64,000 nucleotides of DNA, taken from Botryllus schlosseri. Lineage: Eukaryota. A program made the position numbers and the translations under genes. The DNA is taken from positions 9,178,001 through 9,242,000 of the forward strand of contig CM119371.1 of assembly GCA_051294905.1 (NCBI GenBank). Direction: 5' to 3'. This document shows, piece by piece, positions 1 through 15,200 of the stretch. Position 1 is the first letter of the stretch. Each line of letters opens with the position of its first letter. The notes below the pieces were generated by a model that saw only the letters and a program-made list of their open reading frames with translations, had not been told where the DNA came from and made no database searches.

Positions 1-965
1 ACTATTGTATTATAAATGAATTGCGGCTGCGCTATACTGCAGTGACTGGCAGTGATTGCATTTTACGATGTTTCGGTGCGAAACGATCCAATGAAAACTG
101 TGTTACTCTGAAAAATACACATGCCGGATTAAAATAGTACTGTAATTTTTCCCCAATTCAGTACTAAGCCATGCAGAAAGGACTCAATCTGCATATTTTC
201 AATTGTCGGAAGTACGCCACAATACAGTATAAATTACCAGCAAAAAGCTTTTAGCTGGACAAAACATCATTGACGGAAAAGCTAACTACGCTAACTGAAA
301 GCTAAATCCACAAAACACAATTCTTCGGAGGGATCATCATCGTATACTCGAAGTTCTCCTCTTTTCTTTGGCCGTGACCCAATTTCCAGTTTGAAAATGT
401 TCTGTGGCCCACCTCTTATCTTAGAGTAAAAGTCCTGTTCAATTCGTGGTAATCGAAGGCGCTGACATGCCTATTTTTTCTGAAATGTGCGCATTTTTTC
501 TTTCTGGCCATATTTAAATGTAGACCTGTTGGGACATGAAATCGCGCGAAGCACGGTGAACATTTTCAAGTTTCATGAACGCCCAATGAAATAATTTTGG
601 ACCCCTTAGAGCTCCCCCGATTGGGGTTTGGGTGCGGGAGTTACGGCCCTGGCAGATCGTAGGCTATAACTCTTGTGTACATTAGGATCGTCCGCTGCCC
701 CACTCGCGTCGCGAAACACAATGATTTAGTCGCCCCATCCACTGTGTCATTAGGGTTTTAGTTCTACTATATATTGAGGGGAATATTAAAGTCATTCTAG
801 GCAAGCTTCAAACAATGCTTTAGTGAATGGGGTACTACAAGAAAGTGGAGAAAGAATTTTTATTATGCAAGCTGCACAATGATCATTGTATGTCTTGCAC
901 CTACTGAAGTCGCGATGTCAGAACATTTAATCCAATAATACAATCAGTTCTTGTGTACAATTATG

Positions 966-1934
966 TACGCGAGATGTGGTACCGATGAGACAATGGGACC
1001 GAAAATACTTGAAACATTCTCTGTGATAATTTCATGATCACAGTACGCGAATTTGTCTACAATTGCATGGTGGCAGAATCTTTCCTCGCAAGCAAAAAAC
1101 TTCGACCTGCGTGAGGTATGGGGCCTGTGACAGATGATTTATGTTTTGGGGGGTGTAAAATAAAATTGGATCGACGTATACATTTTTCTATATCACCTTC
1201 CACACTAACAAATCAGCCATAATTTTCAATGTGAAGTGTAGAGCTTGTATCAGGGTATATATTGCCACTTTTTTAAAATCCAATACCATCCCCGAGTGAA
1301 CTATTTTCAATTCAATTACAATATTTATATGGTGGTGGGGGGGGGGCTATGGTACCATAGCCAAATCAAGTAAATAGTAGGACCAACTAATCACTTAACT
1401 ACAAAAATACGCCTACATATATAGAGGCTGCAAATCAGAGTTACCTGTGGTGTTTTATCGCTATAACGAGGTATTTGAAAGTCAAAATGTCGTTTTACGG
1501 GTAATATGTATGTGTCATTAATTTTGTTAGTTTGGGCGTAAATCGATACGTGATTTTACGCCAACATTTGAGATGATATAATCTTTTTTTTTCTTGAAGG
1601 TAGCGACGAGACATTCTTCAATGGCTTGCTGTAGCTTAGATTATATTACCCCACAAAACAAGATGAAAAATTTGAGTTTCTGAGCGTATGTCGCATAGGT
1701 CCCATGGTCGTGCGCCTTTGGACCCACCGGGTGGGGACCGATGATACATTCGAGCAACAAATTTTGAACATTCATAAATATTTTTAAAAAGGCTGATATT
1801 CATGTAAATGTCCGCGATAGATAGAGCTTGGATCAAAGTGTTAAGCCAGCAAAAGATCTGCTATTCTCGGCTGAAGATTTGAGGGCCAGAGATCATTTTG
1901 ATATTTTTGATCCGTCGGTACCACATCTCGCCTA
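966..1934. mobile_element. Non-autonomous TIR element
   Basis: TIR GCGAGATGTGGTACCGA at about 969-985 and its reverse complement at about 1915-1931; TSD degenerate. Confidence 0.55.
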
Positions 1935-2942
1935 CAATAATTTCAAAGCCGTTCATTTTAAACTGACTCCGAAGATTAATGCGGAGCGCAAATTATTCAA
2001 TCCATTGCGATTCGTGACGTTGGTGCCATAAACCTCCACCGGAAATTGGTAATAATTGATAATAATTTGCAATTCGGGCTATTTTTACGTTACAATAATA
2101 CGACGTGCCGAAGTACCGTAAATCTACATCAAATATACTTCACTCCGAGTTTATTGCACACGACAGCATACGACATATGATCCTGCCGGAATACTTGGTT
2201 AATTCAGCGTTACCATCAAGTTATTATATACTCGAAAATATTTTAGTTGCTGTTAGCCGTACGTTGTCGTAGCCGGGGTCAAAAGCCGCCGTTTGCCCCT
2301 CCCGTTTTCAGCTTGTACATTGGGACTCCGTGCGTGCCACTACATCTCATCAGAGTCGGCTGAAAAGCGTTATGTAGCCTGAACGTGTTATTCGATAATA
2401 TAAATATGTTTTTGAGCGAATAACACAACAAATATAACTAAACTTACACTAATTCTACAATTTTCCAAAAAGCTTTGTGGCGCACCTCAAAACGCTCCTG
2501 TCGTCAACAAGTAGGCCATGGCCCACCTTTTGAGAACCCATGTCATATACGTTTGCGTTACGGCCGTGGATGAGAAAAAGCGTCAGGTATATTTTAAATA
2601 ACTGACGATGAAGCATTTGTTTCAAGAGCAGTCATAACAACATGAACTATGAGTTCGTTGTCGATTGATACTGCATGAACCGTCATTGTTTCACCATAAT
2701 AACTCATATTTTGTTAAGACGAACGAAGAAGTGTCCTAACCTGACGATGGGAATTGCGTAACAGTGTCCGAATTGAGCGTAGAGTTGTCCAGATTACCGG
2801 GAGTTTTTCATTCTATTTTTACTTTTGTTCCGTTCCCGACCATTTTGGCCTAATAAAACGGCTAATCGGACTATCAGGTGTCCGGATTAAGTGAATCCGA
2901 CTGTGTTTAGTTTCTTACTGCCATCCATTATCGGTATTACAG

Positions 2943-3119
2943 TCATCGCCTGCCCCGAACCAGAGGCCGTAGACAAAGGTCGCATTTGGTGCTCTGAATC
3001 GAACAGAATCGGGTCGCGTTGCGCTTTACGTTGCTTCCCGGGCTTCTACGTTGCTGGCAAAGCTCGCATCACCTGCCTTGTTACTGGATCGTGGGACAGA
3101 GACTTTGGAAGTTGCGAAG
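2943..3119 (+). CDS. Gene 1 exon, one Sushi domain (IACPEPEAVDKGRIWCSESNRIGSRCALRCFPGFYVAGKARITCLVTGSWDRDFGSCE)
   Basis: tacAG acceptor at 2941-2942, G|GTGAGT donor at 3120, 177 bp, phase 1-1. Confidence 0.9.
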
Positions 3120-6100
3120 GTGAGTTCTTGTATAGACGGAGTCTGACAACTAGAAAAGACCGATTACACTGGTCAACACATATTTTTAGGCAGACAAAGT
3201 AATGGTGGTTTGGGGGGTTCTGAAGGGTACTGATTGGGAAAATAGCCACACAAGCAACCGAGCAAGCAGAACCTGCATACTGACTATGACTTCCCCACGA
3301 AAGGTGGCTCGGAGTTTATAAAATAAAACCTACATATGAATGTTGATGCGTGTACTAAACGTAAATGAGTTCAGTTTGCAGTCTGTTAATTTATGAATCG
3401 TGTGTAGCCATGGCCCAGGTCGCATTCGCAATCCAGATTCATTACACTGGGCAACAATTTTGACCGAAAAATTTGTTGACTTTGATTTTGCACATGATTT
3501 AGGCTAATTTTGGCGTGCTGATTCCAAAAATGCCACAGGTTTTCTTCTATCACGTCAACATTTTGCTCTACGACATAGGCTCAAAATATGCAAATTTTCA
3601 CGAATTTAGCCATATCCCTTTCCCATATCATATAAAAATCCACAGTTTTAGTATATAATAAGTTATATAGTCAAGGGGTCCAATGCCCCATTCAGGTTAT
3701 CCAATGCAATTTGAAATTCTCATACGCTCCTTAATTTATATCAAGATGAAGATCTTAGGGATAGCAGGCCAAATCATGAAGATTTTGAAACCGAAGTTGA
3801 TTCAGAACGTAGAGTAGACCATCAACACGAGTTAATTATCTCACATGAGCTTTGGGACTTGGATTAGAAATCTTCGGAACTTTTAACATCCTTCTGAAGT
3901 GAGAAAAGATTACGTGGCAAGGTAGAGAAGGTATCTCACTTTCGATCAGGAAAAACAGCCTTTTCTTCGTAGGCCTACTTTCGGTAGCTTTGTGTATTGC
4001 CGTGATACTGGCATTGGCATAATGCTGTTACCATGGATTACTGGAGGAGTCAGGAATCCCGATTTACAAGTCAAGCGAACGCCAAATGCCTATAAGTAGC
4101 TAAAAAAGGATCCTAAAGTGTGCCATTCTCCAAAATGGCAAAGTCTTAGGTGCAGTAATAATTGCACACTCAGTCAGTCTTCGTGAATAATACAGAAACA
4201 TTAGGAGTAATACGGAAACATTGAATTGTTGCAATATCACGAGCACGATTGGATCATATGTGTCAGCTTTGAAATATTGTGTTTTCTAGTGGTCAGTCAA
4301 TAAGAATGCACATGTAACCCTGATACACATGTGTCGCTGCCATGTCTTTCTGTCGGACAGCAGACATTCAAAAAAGCTTAAATATCTAAATAATTTCCCT
4401 AAAAACGTTGACATAGTCAGAGATATACAAGGAGAAAATATCCCCTAACATCCGAAGATGATGGGGGTAAGATATCAGAGAAAATTGGAGCTTACATACG
4501 TTAGCTGACTATTGCTCAAGTATCAAACTAGACAACCTACAGAATTATAGGTTATTAGCGTAAATTTGTACCCTGAAACTCACACTTTATTTGTCATGTA
4601 GAAGCAATATCAGTTTAAATCAACCAGATATAGCAGTGCAAATGATAATTTGAAGTCTATTGATTTACTTTCGACTGCTTGTGGTTTTTGAAACGTTTTC
4701 ATGCAATGAACACAAAATATTAAAAATAGTGCTATTATGTGTGTTATGAGACAATGTGGTGGGTGCCTAACCCAAAAAATTGACGTGATAGAGAAAACGG
4801 AAGTCATTTTTTAATTCAGCGCCCAAAAGTTAGTCAAAATCAATTGTCTGATCAAAGTCAACAAAAATAGTGTTGGCCAGTGTTATCAAACCAATGTACT
4901 AAAGTATGCCGTATCAACTTTAGTCACACACCGTGTAAGTTGCCAGGACCGTAACTGCCGCAGCCAAAACCCCCCAATTCGGGGGGCGAGCTCGAAGGGA
5001 ACCCAAAATTATTTCGTGAATTAACATCAATTATTGAGTATTTTTGTGAACTTTTTGCAGCTTTTTCCAAAATTTTTTGCGCCTTGCGCGATTTAATGTC
5101 GATGTATAGCCTAACTTTAATATTGGGTACCCTTCCCCAAGAAAAAGTACGCATGATTTATAGAAATGGGCATTTCGGTGTCGGGCATTACCGCGGCACG
5201 ACGCACCAAGACATATAAAGTTTTGGGCCATATAATATGGGACTCCGAGAAGTGTGCCAGAACGATCGGCAGCGAGAGAAAATATAAGCCAAAAAGGATT
5301 GCCTATACCAGTGGTCGGGAACCTATGACTCGCGAGCCATGTATGGCTCTTTGAGGAACTTTTAATTTTGCACCTTATTTATCATTATTGCAGCAACTTG
5401 TTAGTAAATTCTCATGACGGCGAGAATAATTATTCTCGTGGCAGCATGAACATGTCTTTGAGATGTCAAGGCAGTGGGGTGTCCAGGGTTAGGTGCAGGT
5501 ACGCCCTCTTTTCGAAATCCCCAAATTCAAGTTGCTGTCGCACCGGCGACTAACACCACTTGCATATTCGATCTACCCACCATCGCGTGCAGCTATGAAA
5601 TCGTGGAATGCACGATCACTTGATCGATGAAAGCGAATAGCAGACGGGGCGACACTTGTAGGAGTAGGCCAATGCAGTTTTCAAATACACATAGTCCTCC
5701 TGATCTACGCCGAGAAATAAAATGCCTTGGAAGTGACATTCACAATTACAAATTCAAATTAAGAACAACGCTATCCATTTTCTTGATTGGTTAGTAGCTT
5801 TCTAGCTCTGCCTTTAAAATGTAGGTGTGTAAAGCAAGGTTACGTTTCGCCATAGATTTTAGAAAGCGATCAATACTTAGATTTTCAGAATCAACGCGAC
5901 AATTTCATATGATTAATATCATTGATTATAAATTATTGGCGCTTGGACCGTCTGTGCCTCATTTCAGCCTTACTTCTTCTTTCGGGCTTCGTTTTCGAAC
6001 AATAAATTAGAAAATTCCGTGATTTTGGTAATAAAAATGTTTAAGATCTAGTCCAGTGGTTCCCAACCTTTTTCGACCCATCGCCCCCTTTTCAAGGTCA

Positions 6101-6262
6101 ACACCAATCATCGCCCCCCAAAATTTTGTGCACCGATAATTGGGCATACAGACTGTAATCACCGGCGGGTTGACTAAAAAAAAAAAAAAAAAAAAAAGGT
6201 CATCTTTCTCCGCTCAGAGCTGCAAATAACGTTTTTTCTCTCCGAATTGCTAGGTGGATGAC

Positions 6263-6293
<31 letters not shown>

Positions 6294-9200
6294 TCAGCCG
6301 TTTTGACGCGTCATCGCCCCCCTATCGCCCCCTTCGCTATTTTCGCCCCCCGTCGCCCCCTTTGTCCATTTTCGCCCCCCTATCGCCCCCTTCGTCATTT
6401 TCGCCCCCCTAGATCGCCAAATCGCCCCCTGGGGGGCGATATCGCCCACGTTGGGAACCACTGATCTAGTCATTCATAAACATCGACAGAAGATAACAAT
6501 AACCATTGAAGGGTTCACAATTTTCCTTCACTCATCGCTGACGACATTTGAGGCACTGCCTCATTTGCCTCCCCTAACCCAACGCCGCTGACGTATCACA
6601 CTATGGGTATGTACTGCTGTAGTGACCATGTTTGGCTCCACCTACCCATGTGTGCAGAAAAATATGGCGCACACTACGAATCTCATATATTAGTGTTACC
6701 AATACGTCACGGATTTTCAATTGTGACGTAACACTTTATTGACATGTATGGCCCTTTCGTATTTACAATTGGAAATATTGGGCCAATATGGCTCTTTGGT
6801 CGAAAAAGGTTCCCGACCACTGGCCTATACGATGAAAATTCGACATATATAGACATATTTTTAATAGTACATAGGCGCCTACATGTCTGGCGCCGAATGT
6901 TCCCGTCCTGGCAATCTGAGCCCCACAAGGCAAATGCCCTCCCGCAGAGAAAAATTATTTGCCAATGAAGAAATACCAATTTGAAATCGTGTGCTTCTTT
7001 TACTTTAGTAGGTTTGGGTGATTTCAATATCTTTTGATATGGCAGACAGGAGGTTAAGAATTAACATCAAGTAACGAAATCATATTACCAACGGATCGGC
7101 CCGAATATGTTTATTATATTTCCGGGCCCAACATTTTCCTAGACACCACACTCAGCGGTTGCGGTAAATCTGATTACACGAGCAGAGAGAGGATGAAAAT
7201 AATTATCGCAATATATATGCTATTCCCGATCAGATTGACCGATTCAATCATGAACTATAGAACTTTTTCGCGCCTTGCTAGAATTTGGTTTATCACGGTA
7301 TGGGGGCCCAAGACCAACTTTTTTTTGGGGGGAAAGGGGGCTCAAGAAGTGCTGTTTCGGTCCTGTAAGTTGTAATGTAACAATAGCAACCGTATTCTCT
7401 AGTCTATATACAAAAACAATACAACGCTGAACTTGAAAAATACTGCTTCATTCTGGTCATGTTTCTTGCCTTGATAATGTCGGATTCTTGCCCTGCTCTC
7501 CCGTAGACATAGAAATCGGGGATACTTTTAATACTGGAGTTGAGATTTTCAAGGATAAATTTTAATACTCCTTTTTTAGCTAGATAGAACCACCAATTGG
7601 TAGAGCAGAAAATATAATTTATTAGTGCAGAAGTACAAGATTTAGGTTTGACGGACTATATGCTCTCTTGACAAAGAACAATCTCGCACCAGGTCAAGTT
7701 CGAATTCATTGAATATCTTAGGACCGCATAGTCATTTATCTATTTACACGCAGTGTAAGAGTCAAAAATGCTACGATTTTCATTCCACTAGCTGAAATAT
7801 TTTGGGGTAATTACAGTAATTTGGGCTTATTTAGTGGTATACGCGATTTCTAAACTAGAGTCAATCTGGCAAAAGAAATGTCATATTCGTAATTATGAAC
7901 CTAAACCCTAGAAATCATTCTTACATACAATGCCCAATTTTTCATTTGGCTGACCTGCGTTGCTGTCTGTTCGTAGATAATTTCGAGTCATATCGCTATC
8001 GGCCATTAGAGATACAACGATATCGGCAATTTTCATGGCGTTAGAGCATGATAGTAGGCCGTCATAGAACTATATAATCAACGACTGCTAGACTGGGAAT
8101 ATTGGTATATTTCGTATGACTTTCAGGCAGAGGTGGGTAAATTAGTCATCGTTGGTACTTCGGTAGAAATAGAGTCGTAAATTTCTAATCAAGGGCAAGT
8201 GGAAGTAGCTATTTCCGATTAAGCGAAAAAGTAATTAGGTAGATATAGTGTGATGATAGGTACACCTGAAAACAAAGGTCCTAATTCTTTTTGCGGCAAG
8301 GATTGTTGGGAAATTGGGCGAAAGCGCGACTATGATCCAGCCTCTTGAAAAGACGTAGAGCTTTCAATATACGATTAAAGCTCACGTCGATATCTGTAAT
8401 CAGAATCTGAAACAAGCTCGCGTGGACTTATATCAAAAACCGCAGTGATGTAGACAACATTGTTAATTGCATAAAGTGGTTCTCAACCTTTTTGACCCGC
8501 GGACAATTCTCAAGCATCCCTATATATCCGCGGACCCAAGCTTTTAATTAACGAAAAATAGGTTTTCTGATTTATATCCAAGAGAGTGTAATACGGTAGC
8601 AACATAAAAGCAAGCACTGTTTTTCACTCAAACCACACTTAATGAGAGCCTTGTGCTTGATCTTGCCTGACAAGTTTATCGAATTCCAGAATTATGGTTG
8701 TCAATGTAGGCCTACATCTGATGTCATCTTCCGGCTGAAGTTTATTGCTATACTTCTTTTGATCATCGTCAGGGTTGAAAAGCCAGATTCACACAGGTAG
8801 GCTATGTGGTCGGAAATAGCAAAAGAGCTGTTGCAGCTTGCTAGCAAAGATCTGAAAGACTATGCTCCATCGACTGCACATTTGGCCAAAATTGAGTCAA
8901 GGAAGCCTTTTTAAACTTGTCTTTCCACACATGTCGCTACAATTTACCAACATCCAAATAATGTCTGCAAGTAAACAAGTCGCAATAATCAATTAACAAT
9001 ACTCAGCGTATATCGCGCCGGAAACGTGTGCATGTGCAATTTGCCTACGTGCAGGACCGTAACAGCACTTCGTCAGCCCCCCCCCCAAAAAAACGTTGGT
9101 CTTGGGTAGGGTTACCATAAGTCCTCCTCTATGAGGATTTGTCCTCCTTTTTCGGGTTTTTGAAAATATCCTCCGAGGACGCCTAAATGTCCTCCTTTTT

Positions 9201-12200
9201 GAGATTTTGTCCTCTTTTTTTAGAATTTTGGTTAAACACAGGGCAAAATGCTACCGAGATACCATAACATAGCACTGAACTAACGCTCAGGTGGGTATTT
9301 CGGGAGCTGAGAGCCAAAGTTGACCTTTTTTCAGTCAATCACCTGGTAAAGTAAAGGTAAAAACAGTATTTTGGGCGCTGAGCAAGAAAGTAGACTTTTG
9401 ATTAGTCAACCGAGTACGAAGTGGGAAAAATTTACCCATTTTTCTGGATTTTCCACCGGTATTTTAAGTTTGAAAATTTTGACAAACTGTCCTCCTTTCC
9501 CGTTTCCAAAATATGGTAACCCTATTCTTGGGTCCCCACAGGGTGATAAACCCAACTTCTAGGGGACTCCGCCCCCAGACCCCTTTCTTCCGATACCTTT
9601 TTTCCGCTACTTCTCAGCGAAAATGTTGTTATGTTTAGTTAGCCGGGTTTATTGGAATAAACCGCGCGAAGCGCGAAAATGTTCTATAATTCATGATTGA
9701 ATCGGTCAACATGATCGGGAATTGCATATCTGTAAATTTTTTATCCTGTCTCTGCTCATGTAATCAGATTTACCGGTACAGCTGAATGAAGCGTTTCGGA
9801 AAATGATATAACTCATGCGTATTTTTTCTTGGGAGAAGAGTACCCAATAATCAAGAAATTTGACACCATTAAATCGCGCATAGCACGAAAATTTTATTAA
9901 AAGGTTAGTTAAATTTTCAAAAAAATATACTCTAATTTATGTTAATTCACGAAATAGTTTTGGCCCTCCTTCGATCTCTGCCCCCCCCCCAATCAGGGGG
10001 TTTTGGTGCGGCAGTTACGGTCCTGCATACGTGTGTATAAAGAGAGCTGTCCTAGAGGTTTATACCTGGCATATTCGGTATGTGAATTGTGAATAGTTAA
10101 TACTCAGCATTAAATTCCGAGTCCATTCGTACTAAATTCAAGTCAATCCGACCAAAATTGTAGAGTTTATGACCATAATAGAATTCCTTTTGACAATTTT
10201 AACAACCGGCTACCTCGGACATAAATGTAGGGGATTTTGAAAAATTCCAGTTTGCGATAGTAGGGGTTTATACCTGACGTGTTTGGTATCAAACCAGGAA
10301 GATGCTACAGATGCGCAAAACATACCCGTTTTGCCAGTGACACTTGCAACCAACTGGTTTGCTCAAGATACAGAAAATCTCGAAGAACGAATATTGCTTG
10401 GAATGCTGATCAATTTGCAGTGGTGCTGTTTCGATGTTCTTGCGTTTGAAATATACGTGGCCAAACATCGCTTATTGAGGGATCTCTAATATTCCTATCA
10501 AAACTACATTCACTCAGAGGGAGTCAGTAAGGAAGTACTTCTACTTTTTCGAAGTACTCAAGTAGTTTTCCTTTACTTCTGGTACTTACTCAAGTAGATC
10601 TGATTTTCGCTACTTCTACTTCGTAATATTTTGTGATCTAGTTACTTACTTTTCGCTATTTTCAGTTTGTCAAGTAGAAGTAGTTCAATCTTCCAATCAG
10701 GAAGATAACCTGAGGAATTTCGGGGCTGTTTTCAAGGAGTATCGTCATTTAATTTTCATAAAATTTTAGTAAAGCCCAGAATTTTCGTCGCGCTTCGCGC
10801 GCAGTGGATACGCAGTGACCAGTATGATTTCACAAAAGTATCGGTGAATATAATTTAGGTAGAGGGTTGGCGTGGCTCCGTTCACACCGCATTGTCGCCC
10901 TTCGCCCATATCAAATAATTCATCACAGTATATATGGCTCATCATAACGTTTGAAACTGATGTTTCGCAATCTAGCATTTACTTGTCATATCGTAATCCA
11001 GCATGTCCATGGCGTGTCCAAATCTGGAAAAGTGGACTCTGACTTTTTTTTAGTTTTAGAGCTGTTTAAGCATACCACCTTTGAAACTTTCTGGACTAAA
11101 AACATGAAATGCATGTTCGGCTTTCAGAAGTAGTATTTATAATTCACTTTCAATTCCCAGTATCATATACTTTGAGGTATAATTAATATCAATTATTTTG
11201 TCTGGATAACATACATGTTGAAGTATAAAAGCAAGTGTAGTAATGCCTTCAATTTCTGGAAATAAAGCTACACAATATGGCATTTTTATGGTCCACCATA
11301 ATTTTTATTATTGTTTACTAATCGCGCAAAGTGTTTACACCGTATCCAATACAACTTCTATGTATTGCTCTTCGACTAACTACGGGCCTCATAATGCCTA
11401 ACTACGGGCCTCATGCTTATGCTATCGAAAATTGGATACCTGCTGGTATGCATCAATAAGAATCAAGCTCATCACCTATCGCATAGCTCAATTTGCACCT
11501 TTTTACAATCCATGTGAACGAATTAGGATCGTTTTCACAACTACTTACTTACTTGAGTACTTTTAAAGTCAGTCAATTCTACTTCTACATCAAGTAGTTT
11601 TAGGTTGCTTAAAGAAGAAGTACTTCTACTCGTACTTGAGTAGATTTTTTCGTCGCTACTTCCACTTCTACTTGAGTAGATTTATTCACTACTTTGACCA
11701 CCTCTGCAATCACTGGAGTATAATTATTAACTTGAAGGGATTTCGTATGACCCTTATTAACAAGAGTTAACGGCACAATAACAAGCATATAGAAAGAGAT
11801 TCAAACGGAATCCAAATTGACAAAATTTGACGTAACAATGCAATAATTAAAAGTAACGGTATCTGGCCAAAGTCAGCTGCACCGATACTCCGGTAGTCAT
11901 AATAAAGGGATAAGAGAGAATCAAATTATACAATACACAGAAGACGTTACACAGACAATTAGCGGTACATAATAATCGAATATTTGAAGATTGTATACAA
12001 ACGCTTTCTCCTTCTTATGGTGCCGGTAATTCTTGATCAAGGAAACCCAAAAAGCCACCGAGGTAATAACTTCTACTGCAATGAATGTAGTTCTGAAAGC
12101 ACTATTCAAGTTGAGTACCGCCAGTCACATATTGCAGGTATCTATGTATTTTTATGGCAGCTATTTAGGTCTCTAACATTTCAAAATAGGTATTTTGCGA

Positions 12201-15200
12201 AACACGCTGCGTAATTCTCAAATCGTAATTTGACGAAACCGGACGAGGACGGGGACGTTCCGTGTATTTTCGACTTCTCAATCTAAAACTATGTCCGTAG
12301 ACCCCTAAATGAGGATCCATGATCGTTTGTTAAGGTTTTATCAATATAAAATTACCTAAAATAATAAATTCACTATGAGACTGGCGTCTTTCCATTGAAA
12401 AACACGGGGAAATACCAGGTTGGCAATTTGTCAACGTGTGTGCCGATTAAGTTACCTAAAATTCCTGTGCTCGCGGACTCATCCAGGACCTTCCCCGGAC
12501 TCAAATGAGTCCGCGGACTCGGGGTTGATAAACAATGGATAGTATATTCCTATTTAAATGAATTCGAATATTTTCTGCTGAAACTTGCAAAGGGTAATTG
12601 TCAGCAACTAGTAAAGAATTGGACATCGACATTCGCGTCACAAAATATGACGTCCCCTGCATGAAATATCGAACAACAGAGCATTCAATGTACTATTTTT
12701 AAATGTTACACTAACTCTTTTTGTTGACACTGCCTTGGTTGGTGTATTTTGATAAAATCAACTCCAAGGCACACAAATGAACGTGTGTCAGTATAAAGCT
12801 ACAGGGTGTGATACCCTGAACTTCAGTGCTGCCAGCCAACAACTGCTATTCTCCTAAGTCGTTCTTTCTCCATTCTTGCCAAGCCAACTCTTAAGGACAG
12901 AAAGTTTGTACCATTTTCATCGAAATCTTGTGGTTCTTTTGGATCGATAAAATTTCAATAAATTATTGACAGACTGACTGTCATGAAATGTATCAAAAGA
13001 TCTCTAGTGATACTGCATTAAATTTCGAATTTTCTTACAATGTAATGCAACTACTTGAGTTCTACATAAGTCAGAATTCGTCAAAACAAAAAGTTTTTAA
13101 ATGTCAAAAAATGTCGAAATGTTCAATTCTTGGAGAAAAAATATTATTTTTCTGATAAAAATATTCGCTTTAAATATTACAATACACACATAAAATATTC
13201 TACATTTCATATTTGATACACTGCATTGATGAGGTTGTTCACTACTGCTGAGAGTCAGTAAAAAAGCTTTTAGTGAATCAATTACCAACATCAATTTACT
13301 GTTTTGTGTTAAAAATTATCCAGCAATTGACGATCTCTCGAACACTATACTTAATGCGTTTGCTGTCATTTTAGAATTCGCAATGTATTGCAGGAATCTC
13401 GTGCGAACGGATCGAAATTCCGCATCATGGCGCGATGCGATGCGACATGCATTTCTGGTTTGGCTCGACCTGCGAGTTCGATTGCAACGAAGGGTTTCTT
13501 TTGCGCGGCAGGGGCGAAACCAGTTGTGGCGACGGAGATTGGACTTCGGTGATCCCGTGGTGCGAACGTGAGTTGACGCTTTAGTTTGGTTAAAACTAGG
13601 GCGGTGAAAAATCCTGATTCGATTCAGATCATTCGACATATCATACCTTAGGACGCCACAAGCAGACTTGTGCAAACTATACCAATCCAGTTAGTTGTGG
13701 GTCAAATAACTACACTGGTTTTTTAGTATAGTTGTTCTTCTAGCAGCGGATTTCGAAAATCCAGTAGTTCGTACATGTCTGGCCGCAACAGTATGAACGA
13801 TGAGGAATATTAAATAACGCATCTTTTACGCTACCTCAAAGAATGCAATTCCCGTTCTACATCGCATTATAGACAATTGGGTTTTTTCGACCATACCTGT
13901 TTTGTTGCTCTTTGTGGCAATGATGTGGGTTGATCAAGACTTAACGGATATGTCTTTTCTGCTAACGTAGGTAGCTTGTATGTTGCGATAAGACCAATAC
14001 CTGTTTCAAGGATTCGAGAGCAAAAACACGCATTGAAACTATAATTATCGTTGATAAATTAACTCTTAGTGGCAATGAACGCATAATTTTTTTACTCGAA
14101 AAATGGACTCTCATTACTTGACCCGAATCATGAAAATTCAAATTCTAAACCCTGACAATTATGCTCGACGGTTGGTACCGTTGAAAGGAACGGAATTTGA
14201 TGGCGTTGTTTTTCAGGTGAGATTTGCGACGATACCTTCATGACAGTGACCCACGCCGAAGTGGATTGCACCGACGGGAACAATTTTGAGTCGGTTTGCA
14301 ACGTAACATGTAACAAAGGGTGAGCCTGACACGTTCTGTGACTCCTGTTACTGATTTGAGATTCAAATCCAGTATTAGCGAAAATGTGATCAAAAGTCGC
14401 ATGAAAATTGTACGGTGTTGAAACTCATGTCCAAGACGAAATCCAGAAATAATTTAGCCTCCTATCTAAATCCCAGTCAAACCGCACGTATCTTTGCCGA
14501 AATGTGTTCAATAGTCGCCCGCGCGATATGGGAAAGTTACGAAAAATTTCATGCCAGTCCAAATCCATCTTCAAAATAATCCTAAATCCATAACCGATAA
14601 AAATCAAGTCAAAATACTCAAATCCGAGTTTTTACAAATCTCATCCTTGGACCATTTGCATTGCAGATACAAATTGGCCGAAGTTGAACTGTACGAGTTC
14701 AAAACCACGCTCGAATGCCAGGCCGGGGCGATTTGGGACTCACCGAAACCGACCTGCGTTAAAAAACGATGCCAGCCATCCTTTGAAGAACTCGTTTGGG
14801 TTCGCTTGTTAGAGCTGTTCAAAGATGAATTTTTTTCAAATTTTACTGGCTAGTTGAAATAATTGTTACCTTAGCCACCAAAAATGCAGTTCGCCGAGTT
14901 TGACTCTTTTCTGACCTGTTGAAGCGAAGCTATGACGATATAAATTTTACGATTTAAATCAAATTATCAATAAAATGGCTGGAAAATGGTAGTAACACAT
15001 GGTAATTCTATATTCGTTATTTCTATTTTTGTCAAATCCAAGATTTTCCGCTCCAATAAGTTTGATTCTAGGGTTTGGAATTAATCAATACTTGTTTGTT
15101 TTAGACAACCTAACAATTTCACGAGGTAGCCAGTAAAATGTGAAAAAATATATTTTAATTTTTATCAATAATATAATATTTTCTATTCTTTTAGCTTCGA

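Larger units (their letters stand above)
4944..7365 (+). mobile_element. hAT-like MITE family Y (CAGGACCG TIR) containing nested family Z
   Basis: TIR caggaccg/cggtcctg, TSD taagttgc/taagttgt. Confidence 0.85.

Noticed and set aside
6258..6464. Poly-Lys/Pro-rich ORF
   Set aside because: Derived from a poly-A run and TCGCCCCC subterminal repeats of a MITE
8472..12537. One large Buster element spanning the Y and V insertions
   Set aside because: The ends look like degenerate TIRs but no matching TSD was found, so only the transposase relic is reported
13316..13675. 119-aa minus-strand ORF and similar antisense ORFs over Sushi exons
   Set aside because: Antisense shadows of real + strand exons with no independent protein features
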